46,309 nt of DNA, taken from contig JAQWXQ010000056.1 of assembly GCA_029254395.1 (NCBI GenBank), forward strand, positions 1 through 46,309, in the 5' to 3' direction. This DNA comes from SAR86 cluster bacterium (GTDB taxonomy: Bacteria > Pseudomonadota > Gammaproteobacteria > Magnimaribacterales > D2472). The notes under the pieces are model-generated. The model searched no databases. It saw only the letters and a program-made list of their open reading frames with translations, and was not told the DNA's origin. This document shows, in pieces, positions 38,030 through 46,309 of this stretch. Position 1 is the stretch's first letter. Every line of letters begins with the position of its first letter. The position numbers were made by a program, and so were the translations under genes.

Positions 38030-39457
38030 ATGATAAAAATTAATACATTTATAAAAGATATTAAAACAAACATCATCTCCCCTCATGTAACTAGTTTTTC
38101 AAAAGATATAAAGAAAAATTCAGTTTTTTTTGCACTTAAAGGAGTTAATTGCCATGGCTCAGATTTTATTGCTGATGCATTAAACAGAGGCGCATCCCTT
38201 ATTTTTCATGATGACCCAAACTATAAGTCAGAATATGAAAATATCTATTTTGTGAGTAGCCTTGAAGATCAAATTCTTCCATTTCTTTGCGAGCTCTATG
38301 AAATTGATTTATCTAAATATAAAATCTTTGGGTTTACAGGAACAAATGGCAAAACAACCACTGCATTTTTATGTCACCAAATGCTTCTTTCTATGAACAT
38401 GAGCTCTATTTACATGGGAACACTTGGTTTTTTAAGTAATTCGTTGAAGAAATTTAAAGAAACTAGAAATACAACACCTGATCTATTTTCGATACTTCAT
38501 TATCTTTTTTTAAATAAAGCAGAAGGCAGTCAAAATATATGCCTTGAGGTCTCATCGCATGCTTTGGTACAAAACAGATTGAAAGGCCTTAATTTTGATA
38601 TATCGTCAATACTAAATATTGAAAGTGATCATCTCGATTTTCATCAAACTATTCAAAATTATGTTACCTCAAAACTTATGATTGCGAATGTCACCTCACA
38701 CGACAATGTAATTATCAATATGGACTCCAGCAATATAAAAAACGAATATAAAAATGTTAATAAATCTAAATTTATATCATTTAGTCAATTAGATCGATCA
38801 TGTGATTTCTTTCTCTCAATAGATAGATGTGATACTGCTAATTCGACTTTTTTATTGCAGCATAAAGAAGAAAAACTATCTTTTTCAATAAAAATATTTC
38901 CAGATTTCAATATTTTAAATTTTTCATTTGCAATTATTTCGATTCTAAATATTTATGGCAGCAAAGTTTTCACTGATATTGAAATAAATAAATTAAAACT
39001 CCCTAGAGGAAGAATGGAGTTTGTTCCAAATATTACAAAAAATGTCATTATTGATTATGCTCACAATGTTGACGGGTTTGAGAATGTCTTAAACTCAGTC
39101 AATAAACATTTTGATAGAGTTATAAGTGTGTTTGGGTGCGGTGGTGATAGAGACAGAGAGAAGAGACCGCTTATGCTTCAAATAGCCCTTCAACACTCTG
39201 ATTTAGTAATTTTTACATCAGATAATAGCAGAACAGAATCTTTTGATTCAATATCTAAAGATGCCATAAGAGGAAATGATATTAATAATGTTGTTATCAT
39301 AGAGGATAGAAAATCTGCAATTAAAAAAGGTGCAAGTCTCCTCAAACAAAATGATTGCTTGATTATTTTAGGCAAAGGTCATGAACTTACGCAAGAGGTA
39401 AAGGGAGAGAAGATTTATTTTAGTGATCATGAGGTAATAAATGAAATTTATAACTAA
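38030..39457 (+). CDS. murE: UDP-N-acetylmuramoyl-L-alanyl-D-glutamate--2,6-diaminopimelate ligase
   Basis: It has the Mur ligase P-loop GFTGTNGKTTT, ESDHLDFH, and GCGGDRDREKRPLM followed by TSDNSRTE (the DNPR-type motif retaining Arg). I prefer the start MIKINT at 38030, just after the ftsI stop, to the ORF-track start at 37994. Confidence 0.9.
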   Translation: MIKINTFIKDIKTNIISPHVTSFSKDIKKNSVFFALKGVNCHGSDFIADALNRGASLIFHDDPNYKSEYENIYFVSSLEDQILPFLCELYEIDLSKYKIFGFTGTNGKTTTAFLCHQMLLSMNMSSIYMGTLGFLSNSLKKFKETRNTTPDLFSILHYLFLNKAEGSQNICLEVSSHALVQNRLKGLNFDISSILNIESDHLDFHQTIQNYVTSKLMIANVTSHDNVIINMDSSNIKNEYKNVNKSKFISFSQLDRSCDFFLSIDRCDTANSTFLLQHKEEKLSFSIKIFPDFNILNFSFAIISILNIYGSKVFTDIEINKLKLPRGRMEFVPNITKNVIIDYAHNVDGFENVLNSVNKHFDRVISVFGCGGDRDREKRPLMLQIALQHSDLVIFTSDNSRTESFDSISKDAIRGNDINNVVIIEDRKSAIKKGASLLKQNDCLIILGKGHELTQEVKGEKIYFSDHEVINEIYN

Positions 39458-40775
39458 CTCCGATGAGCTAACAAGTTATATAAACTTGAATATACCTGTA
39501 TTAAAAGATATCAAAGACATATCGATTGATTCAAGGGATATCTCTGATTCCTCTCTTTTTATCTGCATCAAAGGAGAAAATTTTGATGGTAACGACTATA
39601 AAAATGAAGCAATAGAAAGAGGGGCAAGTGTTGTTATTGCCGATCGAAAAGACATTTTGGATTTAGATGAAGGCATTTATTACGTTCCCAACACTATTTT
39701 AGCCTTAAGAGACATCTCGAAAAAAATATTAAGCAAATTTGGTGGAAATATAATAGCTATAACAGGTAGCAATGGAAAAACAACAACTACAAAAATTTTA
39801 AAAAAAACCTTATTGTCTGCATCAGGAACAATCAAGAACTTCAACAATGAAATAGGCATGCCTCTAAGCATAATGAAAGCGAATAGAAATTCTGATCATA
39901 TTGTTTTAGAAATGGGCGCATCAAAATTGGGAGATATTGAATATCTGAGCTCAATTGCACAGCCAAATATAGGCATTATTACTAACATTGGTAACTCACA
40001 TCTTGAAAGTCTTGAAAATCTGGAGGGCGTCTTAAAAGTTAAATCCGAGCTAGTCCAAAACATAAGAGAGAATGGATATCTTATTGTGCCAGGAGATAAT
40101 AAAAAACACGTTCAGTATTGGAAAAGTATTAGGAAAGACATCAAAATAATAACTATTGGCCTTGATAATACTTGCGATATTTATGCTAGCGAAATAGATA
40201 TTGCAGAACCTTCAAGCTTTAAAATAAAGTCGACTAAATTTAATATTGACTTGAATATAAAAACTGATCTTTTAGGCCTGCATAATATCAATAATATATT
40301 GTTTTCTTATGCAGTAAGTTTTTTAGTAAACAATGATAATAATTATTTTAAGAGAAAAATTGAATTTATAGATAAATACACAACACGCTTGAACAAGCTT
40401 AAGTGGTTTAATGACTCTACACTTTTTGATGACAGCTATAATGCCAATCCTGAGTCAGTTAAAAAAAGTATAGAATTTCTATCATCATCTGCAGGTAGAA
40501 AAATCTTAATTCTTGGTGATATGTTAGAGCTAGGCTCGAATTCAAAGGAGTTTCATGAAGATATAGGTCGATATGCCAGTAAAAAAAATATTGATATGCT
40601 CATTGGTTATGGGGAATATACAAAATTTACAATAGAAAATTTTTTAAATGATGGCTATTTTTACGAGACCGAGACAGATTTAAAACAATTTATTTATAAC
40701 AATGTAAAATCAACAGACACTATTTTATTGAAAGGATCTAGAGGTATGAAAATGGAGAGGTTTATCGATGTTTGA
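39441..40775 (+). CDS. murF: UDP-N-acetylmuramoyl-tripeptide--D-alanyl-D-alanine ligase
   Basis: 444 aa with AITGSNGKTTTTKIL, NIGNSHLE, DDSYNANPES and ILLKGSRGMKME. Confidence 0.9.
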   Translation: MKFITNSDELTSYINLNIPVLKDIKDISIDSRDISDSSLFICIKGENFDGNDYKNEAIERGASVVIADRKDILDLDEGIYYVPNTILALRDISKKILSKFGGNIIAITGSNGKTTTTKILKKTLLSASGTIKNFNNEIGMPLSIMKANRNSDHIVLEMGASKLGDIEYLSSIAQPNIGIITNIGNSHLESLENLEGVLKVKSELVQNIRENGYLIVPGDNKKHVQYWKSIRKDIKIITIGLDNTCDIYASEIDIAEPSSFKIKSTKFNIDLNIKTDLLGLHNINNILFSYAVSFLVNNDNNYFKRKIEFIDKYTTRLNKLKWFNDSTLFDDSYNANPESVKKSIEFLSSSAGRKILILGDMLELGSNSKEFHEDIGRYASKKNIDMLIGYGEYTKFTIENFLNDGYFYETETDLKQFIYNNVKSTDTILLKGSRGMKMERFIDV

Positions 40776-41853
40776 GTATTTAGGAACCATTCTTACAGAT
40801 ATCGATCCTGGTTTTGACGTTTTGAGATATTTAACCGTTAGAACCCTTGGCGGTACCGTAACAGCTTTGCTAATTACCATTCTTCTTGGACCAATGTTTA
40901 TAAACAAATTTAAACAAATTCAGTTCGAGCAATTCGTAAGAAAAGATGGCCCTAAGTCGCATTATAAAAAAACAGGGACCCCAACTATGGGCGGTGTGTT
41001 GATAATATCATCCCTTTTGATATCAACTTTACTATGGGCGGATTTAAGTAATAGATATATCTGGGTAGTTATTATTACAACACTTTTATTTGCAATCATT
41101 GGCTTTCTTGACGATTATTTAAAGATAAAAAATAAAAGCTCAGATGGTTTATCATCCAAGCAAAAAATTGCTATGCAGTTTATTTTTTCTTTTTCAATAA
41201 TTTCATATCTATATAGCTCTCATCAAAATCCAGCAGAGATCTCATTTATTGTTCCTTTCTTCAAGGACTTCATAATTCCAATGAGTGCAGGAATTTTTAT
41301 ATTTATAGGTATTTTTGTTCTTATAGGGTCCTCAAATGCTGTAAATCTTACAGATGGGTTGGACGGTTTAGCTATTCTGCCATCAGTATTGATTGCTGGA
41401 GCCCTTGGATTGATAGCATATGGCATGGGTAATCAAATCATTGCTGATTATCTCTATTTGCCACATTTGGAATCATCTGGCGAGCTGGTAGTTTTTTGTG
41501 GCGCTTTAATAGGCTCAGGCATTGGTTTCTTATGGTACAACACTTATCCTGCACAAATTTTTATGGGTGATGTGGGATCTTTAACTCTTGGTGCAATATT
41601 GGGAATAATGGCTGTTATATTAAGGCATGAGCTAGTGTTTGCCATAATGGCTGGGGTATTTGTAATTGAGACCTTAAGTGTAGCTATCCAGGTTATATCC
41701 TTTAAAACAAGAGGAAAGAGGGTATTTTTAATGGCACCAATACATCATCACTTTGAGCTTAAAGGCTGGCCTGAGCCAAAAATAATTGTTAGATTCTGGA
41801 TTATAACTTTAGTTTTAATTCTAGTTGCCTTGGCAACACTAAAGCTAAGGTAG
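40768..41853 (+). CDS. mraY: Phospho-N-acetylmuramoyl-pentapeptide transferase
   Basis: 361 aa, polytopic, with KKTGTPTMGG, DDYLKI, NAVNLTDGLDGLA, MGDVGSL and PIHHHFEL. Confidence 0.95.
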   Translation: MFEYLGTILTDIDPGFDVLRYLTVRTLGGTVTALLITILLGPMFINKFKQIQFEQFVRKDGPKSHYKKTGTPTMGGVLIISSLLISTLLWADLSNRYIWVVIITTLLFAIIGFLDDYLKIKNKSSDGLSSKQKIAMQFIFSFSIISYLYSSHQNPAEISFIVPFFKDFIIPMSAGIFIFIGIFVLIGSSNAVNLTDGLDGLAILPSVLIAGALGLIAYGMGNQIIADYLYLPHLESSGELVVFCGALIGSGIGFLWYNTYPAQIFMGDVGSLTLGAILGIMAVILRHELVFAIMAGVFVIETLSVAIQVISFKTRGKRVFLMAPIHHHFELKGWPEPKIIVRFWIITLVLILVALATLKLR

Positions 41854-41862
41854 TCATAGCCA

Positions 41863-42894
41863 ATGCAAGCCTTGATTTATGGTTTTGGCAAAACAGGAGC
41901 ATCATTTCAGCGCTATCTAAGAAAGAAAAATATTAGTTTCGACATATTTGATGCAAAAATTAAAAAATATAATTTTGAATTCAACATTCAAGACTATGAT
42001 CAAGTATATTGCAGCCCAGGGATTTCAAGAAAAATATTCGATGATATCCAAACTCATACAGAAGTTTTTACAGATATAGATATTTTTTTTAATGAAGACA
42101 GATCAATAAAAATAGGAATTACTGGGACCAATGGAAAAAGCACAACCTGTTTTCATTTATCACAAATTTTGAAAGAAAGATTTGAAGTAAATCTTATAGG
42201 AAATATTGGTGAACCAGTGCTTGACTATCTAAACAATGGTGCAAAGTACTCAGTAATAGAACTTTCAAGCTTCCAGCTTGATAAGATGAAAGTCAATAAA
42301 CTTGATTATGGTGTTCTTCTTAATATCCAAGCAGATCATCTTGACTATCATGGATCTTTCACAAATTATTTTAATTCAAAGCAAAGAATAAAAACTGCAA
42401 AGAACTTTAGTGAGGAGACAGATCCATATACTCTTTCCGAGTGGATAACAGGAATTCGAAGTGAAAAATTTAGCTTAAAAAATTTGCCATATAGATATGA
42501 ATATACTACTAAAAATATTATTAATGATTCAAAATCAACCAATAGCAGCTCATTGAAATATGCACTCAATAAAGCAGATTCTGATTTTAATGGTCGTGAT
42601 TTTATTTTAATTGTCTGCGGTGATCCAAAGAAAGAAAATTATCCTGAATTGCATATCTCCAATCCATTACAAGTTCTTATATTTGGAAAGCATACCGATG
42701 AATTATTAAAGTGCATTTTTCATAAAAATATAAAAGTTTTTTCTGATCTAGAGAGCGTAATAGATTATTTAAGCTTGATAAGAGATGTAGGCATACTATT
42801 TTCACCTGGATTTCCAAGCGGACTAGACTTTAATGATTTTGAAGAAAGAGGTAGCTACTTCAACCATCTGCTTGAAGAAAAAAACTATGAATAG
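41863..42894 (+). CDS. murD: UDP-N-acetylmuramoylalanine--D-glutamate ligase (short form)
   Basis: 343 aa with GITGTNGKSTT, ELSSFQL, ADHLDYH, NDSKSTN and the C-terminal LFSPGFPSGLDFNDFEERG (E. coli: LLSPACASLDQFKNFEQRG). It is about 95 aa shorter than E. coli MurD (see findings). Confidence 0.85.
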   Translation: MQALIYGFGKTGASFQRYLRKKNISFDIFDAKIKKYNFEFNIQDYDQVYCSPGISRKIFDDIQTHTEVFTDIDIFFNEDRSIKIGITGTNGKSTTCFHLSQILKERFEVNLIGNIGEPVLDYLNNGAKYSVIELSSFQLDKMKVNKLDYGVLLNIQADHLDYHGSFTNYFNSKQRIKTAKNFSEETDPYTLSEWITGIRSEKFSLKNLPYRYEYTTKNIINDSKSTNSSSLKYALNKADSDFNGRDFILIVCGDPKKENYPELHISNPLQVLIFGKHTDELLKCIFHKNIKVFSDLESVIDYLSLIRDVGILFSPGFPSGLDFNDFEERGSYFNHLLEEKNYE

Positions 42895-43999
42895 TATTAA
42901 TAAAAATAACTATTTAATAATTTTCCCATTTATATTTTTAGTCTTACTTGGATTGGTTATGATTTCTTCTGCTAGTATTTTTTTAGCTGAAGAGCAGACC
43001 CTTGATCCTTTCTATTATATTTCTCGTCAACTTTTATTTGTCTCGGTTGGTTTGGTATCAATGTCTATATTTTTAATTATTCCATCAAGCTTCCTTTTAA
43101 AAACAGATTGGTTGTTAGTTTTAATCAGTATTTTATTGCTCATTGCACTTTTTGTTCCCAACGTAGGCTCTTCGGTTAATGGGAGTATTAGATGGATAAG
43201 ACTTGGCTCTGTAGGAATACAACCATCTGAAATTTGTAAATTCAGTCTCATAATTTATATTTCAGGATATTGTTTCCGCAGAGCATCTGAACTTTATTCA
43301 TTTAGAAATTTTCTAAAGCCATTGACGCTTCTTTCAGTGATATCTTTGCTGATTATGTCTCAACCTGATCTAGGGTCTACTGCAATAATCTGTCTTGTTG
43401 TTGTTGCTATTTTGTTTTATGCAGGTATATCATTTTTTCAGTTCTCCCTTCTTTCTTTACTTATAATGTTATTAGGAGTTGCTGCTATTTCGACCTCGCC
43501 AATGCGTATTGCAAGAGTTATGGCCTTTAGAGATCCATTTGACTCGGAGATAGTGTTTGGAAGTGGTTACCAGTTAGCAAATTCCTTGATAAGCATCGGC
43601 CAAGGTGGCTGGACCGGGCTAGGGCTTGGTAATAGCTTCCAAAAAAACTTTTTCTTACCAGAAGCTCATACTGATTTCATATTTGCTATCTTAGTAGAAG
43701 AGTTAGGGGTTATAGGTGGAATTATTTTAATAGCTGCTTACATGATTCTTTTTTTTGGAATTCTAAAAGTTGCTATAGATTGTCTTAACTTTGGAAGGGT
43801 CTTCCAAGGTTTAGTTTGTTTTGGAACAATGATACTTTTTGCATCTCAGTCCTTATTTAATATTGCTGTCAATATAGGATTACTGCCAACTAAAGGTCTT
43901 ACACTTCCTTTTATAAGCTATGGGGGGACAAGTATAATCATAATGATGTCTTTGGTAGCAATTGTTCTTAGAATAAATAACGAAAATAAATTAGTATAG
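42887..43999 (+). CDS. ftsW: Peptidoglycan glycosyltransferase FtsW (SEDS family)
   Basis: It is a polytopic SEDS protein with QPSEICKF, QPDLGST, PEAHTDFIF and the C-terminal LPTKGLTLPFISYGG. I prefer the start MNSINK at 42887, overlapping murD by 8 nt, to the ORF-track start at 42833. Confidence 0.9.
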   Translation: MNSINKNNYLIIFPFIFLVLLGLVMISSASIFLAEEQTLDPFYYISRQLLFVSVGLVSMSIFLIIPSSFLLKTDWLLVLISILLLIALFVPNVGSSVNGSIRWIRLGSVGIQPSEICKFSLIIYISGYCFRRASELYSFRNFLKPLTLLSVISLLIMSQPDLGSTAIICLVVVAILFYAGISFFQFSLLSLLIMLLGVAAISTSPMRIARVMAFRDPFDSEIVFGSGYQLANSLISIGQGGWTGLGLGNSFQKNFFLPEAHTDFIFAILVEELGVIGGIILIAAYMILFFGILKVAIDCLNFGRVFQGLVCFGTMILFASQSLFNIAVNIGLLPTKGLTLPFISYGGTSIIIMMSLVAIVLRINNENKLV

Positions 44000-44003
44000 T
44001 TTA

Positions 44004-45041
44004 ATGAATATCATTATTGCAGCTGCCAAAACTGGTGGACATGTCTATCCAGCCATTGAGGTTGGAAAAAAACTTTTATTAAAAGGTAACAGGGTTTTTT
44101 TTATTGGCAATGGCTCTCAAATTGAAAAAAATGCACTCAAAGGCTTAGATTTTGAATATAAAGAAATCAACATAGATGGCGTTAGAGGCAAGTCTTTATA
44201 TAATAAAATCTTTTCATCTATAAATATAATTTCCAGAATATTTATAATACGTAAATTTATTAAAAAAAATAAGATTAAAGCTATGATTGGATTTGGCGGA
44301 TTTATCACTGTCCCAATTGGAATTGCATCATTAATATCTGGTGTGAAAGTTTTCACTCAGGAGCAAAATTCAGTAATGGGGTCAGCAAATAAGCTGCTTT
44401 CTATGTTTGCTGTAATTAATTTCCTAGGCTTTCCATTAGCTAAACCTTTAAAAAATAGCAAGATTTATGGAAATCCAATAAGAGATAGTTTTAAAAAAAT
44501 TAAACCCCATGTTGTCCAAAACAATGTCGTAAAAATTTATGTAACAGGAGGTAGTCAAGGTTCTCAATATTTAAATACAATTTTACCAACCTGTTTTCGA
44601 GATAATAAATCTGCAGTTCAGGTTAGACACCAATGTGGGGTTGGAAAAAAACATGGAGTAAATCAATTGTATAAAGAAGCTAATATTAACAGCGTAGTAG
44701 AGGAGTTTTTTGATGATCCCAGTAAGCAAGTAGATTGGTGTGATTATGTGGTGTGTAGATCAGGAGCACTTACAATATCTGAAGTTTCTTCAATGTCCAA
44801 GGGGGCGTTAATGATACCCCTACCAAGTGCTATAGATAATCATCAGCTATTCAACGCAGAGCATATAATGGATATCAATATGGGCATAATTCACCAAGAA
44901 AAAAATGGGGCAGAGGATTTAAAAAATCTTCTTAATAAAATTAATGAAGAAAAGCTATACGAAAAGTGGCAAAAACAAGTTGATCAGAAGCATTTTAATG
45001 CTAGTAATCAAATAGCAAATGCTATTATTGAAAACTTATGA
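44004..45041 (+). CDS. murG: UDP-N-acetylglucosamine--N-acetylmuramyl-(pentapeptide) pyrophosphoryl-undecaprenol GlcNAc transferase
   Basis: 345 aa with N-terminal AAKTGGHVYPAIEV (the G-loop GGTGGH variant), GGFITVP, GGSQGS and the C-terminal RSGALTISE...HQLFNA. Confidence 0.9.
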   Translation: MNIIIAAAKTGGHVYPAIEVGKKLLLKGNRVFFIGNGSQIEKNALKGLDFEYKEINIDGVRGKSLYNKIFSSINIISRIFIIRKFIKKNKIKAMIGFGGFITVPIGIASLISGVKVFTQEQNSVMGSANKLLSMFAVINFLGFPLAKPLKNSKIYGNPIRDSFKKIKPHVVQNNVVKIYVTGGSQGSQYLNTILPTCFRDNKSAVQVRHQCGVGKKHGVNQLYKEANINSVVEEFFDDPSKQVDWCDYVVCRSGALTISEVSSMSKGALMIPLPSAIDNHQLFNAEHIMDINMGIIHQEKNGAEDLKNLLNKINEEKLYEKWQKQVDQKHFNASNQIANAIIENL

Positions 45042-46309
45042 ATTCATTTAAAAAAATAAAAAAAATTCATTTTGTTGGCATTGGTGGCGCTGGAATGATT
45101 GGCATTGCAAGAGTCTTATTGCAAAAAGGGTATAAGATCTCTGGGTCAGATATTTCTATGTCAGTAGATCTAAATAAGCTCAAAAATGAAGGCGCAAAGG
45201 TTTACTTGGGCCATAGTAAGTCTAATTTAAGAAACGTAGATTTATTAGTACTGTCGTCAGCAATTCACAAATCAAACCCAGAAGTGCAAAGTGCTAAAGA
45301 GCTTGGTATTACTACAATACCGAGAGCAGAAATGCTTGGTAGCATAATGAGGGGTTACGACAGTATTGCAATAGCAGGCAGCCATGGCAAAACTACTACG
45401 ACTAGCATGCTTGCTAAAATATTTAGTGAGGCCGACCTTAGCCCAACATATGTTGTAGGAGGAAAGATTTTAAGCACTGAAAACAACTCTGACTTAGGAA
45501 GCGGGGCTTATTTGATGGCTGAGGCAGATGAAAGTGATGGGTCTTTTATTCACCTTCATCCTAATGCAGCAATAGTTACCAATATTGATGATGACCACTT
45601 GGTTCATTATGACAATAAGTTTGAAAACCTTTTAAATGCATTCATAACTTTTTTAGATAATGTTCCTTTTTTTGGATATATTGTTTTGAATAATGATGAT
45701 AAAAATATAAAAAAAATATCAAAGTCAATATCTCGGAAACAAATTACATTCGGTTTCACAAAGTCGTCAGACTTTCAAATTAAAGACACTGCATATAAAA
45801 ATGGTTTCCAATCTTTTTCTTTATTTCACAAGAGTAAAGATAAGACTTATTTCTTCAAAATACCATGTCCAGGCAAACATAACGTTTACAATGCTGCTGC
45901 TGCTGCACTTATAAGTATCGAAGAGGGGTTGCCGATATCTAAAGTTAGAAAAGGCTTAAAAGAATTCTCTGGTGTTGGAAGGCGTTATGAAAAACATGAC
46001 CTTGTTATTAATGGGAAAAGTAAGCTATTAATTGATGATTATGGACACCACCCATTAGAGGTTTTATCAAACATTAACGCAATCAAGCAAGAATTTCCTT
46101 CAAAAAAAGTATGTATGATTTTTCAACCTCACCGCTTCTCAAGAACTGCTCAACTTTTCGAAGAGTTTATTAATGTATTAATTAAGACAAAAGCGTTAAT
46201 CATTCTAGATATATATGCTGCAAGTGAAAAACCAATAAAAGGTATTAATTCAAAATCTTTAGTGCACTCATTAAAACAAATGGGGCATCTTAACTGCCAT
46301 TACATCAAC
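45038..46309 (+). CDS. murC: UDP-N-acetylmuramate--L-alanine ligase (5' partial in window; runs off the 3' end)
   Basis: This gene is not in the ORF track because no stop is reached. My own translation from the ATG at 45038 (ATGA overlap with the murG stop) gives MNSFKKIKKIHFVGIGGAGMIGIARVLLQKGYKISGSD...IAIAGSHGKTTTTSML...EADESDGSF...NIDDDHL, matching the E. coli MurC pattern. 424 codons are open to the window end. Confidence 0.9.
   Translation, partial: MNSFKKIKKIHFVGIGGAGMIGIARVLLQKGYKISGSDISMSVDLNKLKNEGAKVYLGHSKSNLRNVDLLVLSSAIHKSNPEVQSAKELGITTIPRAEMLGSIMRGYDSIAIAGSHGKTTTTSMLAKIFSEADLSPTYVVGGKILSTENNSDLGSGAYLMAEADESDGSFIHLHPNAAIVTNIDDDHLVHYDNKFENLLNAFITFLDNVPFFGYIVLNNDDKNIKKISKSISRKQITFGFTKSSDFQIKDTAYKNGFQSFSLFHKSKDKTYFFKIPCPGKHNVYNAAAAALISIEEGLPISKVRKGLKEFSGVGRRYEKHDLVINGKSKLLIDDYGHHPLEVLSNINAIKQEFPSKKVCMIFQPHRFSRTAQLFEEFINVLIKTKALIILDIYAASEKPIKGINSKSLVHSLKQMGHLNCHYIN

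Noticed and set aside
39190-39240. MurE motif reads DNSR instead of DNPR; considered as a change of amino-acid specificity.
   Set aside because: The Arg that contacts the meso-DAP carboxylate is retained, and a Pro-to-Ser change alone is not known to me to switch specificity. This is too weak to report as a finding.

Overview
This window is a visibly AT-rich, extremely gene-dense chromosomal core segment of a streamlined Gammaproteobacterium. The gene order recalls Pseudomonas/Oceanospirillales-type genomes, but the lineage cannot be fixed without a database search. I can place 48 protein genes, 2 tRNAs and RNase P RNA. The last gene, murC, runs off the 3' end and is absent from the ORF track.

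Gene blocks:
- (i) tRNA-Met and ychF-pth-rplY-prs-tRNA-Gln-ispE-lolB on the minus strand, divergent from hemA-prfA-prmC.
- (ii) An acyl-CoA synthetase plus MaoC-hydratase pair.
- (iii) gatBAC, divergent from mreBCD plus a short YhdP/AsmA-like protein.
- (iv) mgtE-rpoN-lptB-lptA-kdsD on the minus strand, divergent from mlaC-ibaG-murA.
- (v) A degS-like protease divergent from zapE, then rplM-rpsI, petABC and sspA.
- (vi) An LpoA-like lipoprotein divergent from rsmI, then rnpB, then the dcw cluster mraZ-ftsZ-rsmH-ftsL-ftsI-murE-murF-mraY-murD-ftsW-murG-murC.

I see no transposase, integrase, phage, CRISPR, restriction, toxin-antitoxin or other accessory or defence content. Apart from rnpB, no intergenic spacer exceeds about 85 bp. 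I therefore do not find a credible undescribed multi-gene system and prefer to say so.

The points worth a second look are architectural or residue-level:
- ftsZ sits between mraZ and rsmH instead of at the distal end of the dcw cluster.
- A GTGTG direct-repeat array, a candidate MraZ operator, lies just upstream of mraZ.
- FtsI has non-canonical SxN and KTG motifs.
- MurD is shortened by about 70 residues internally.
- Envelope loci have been trimmed by deletion: no kdsC/lptC, an orphan mlaC, a mini YhdP, a mini LpoA, and no sspB.
- Divergent and convergent gene pairs leave essentially no room for promoters or terminators.
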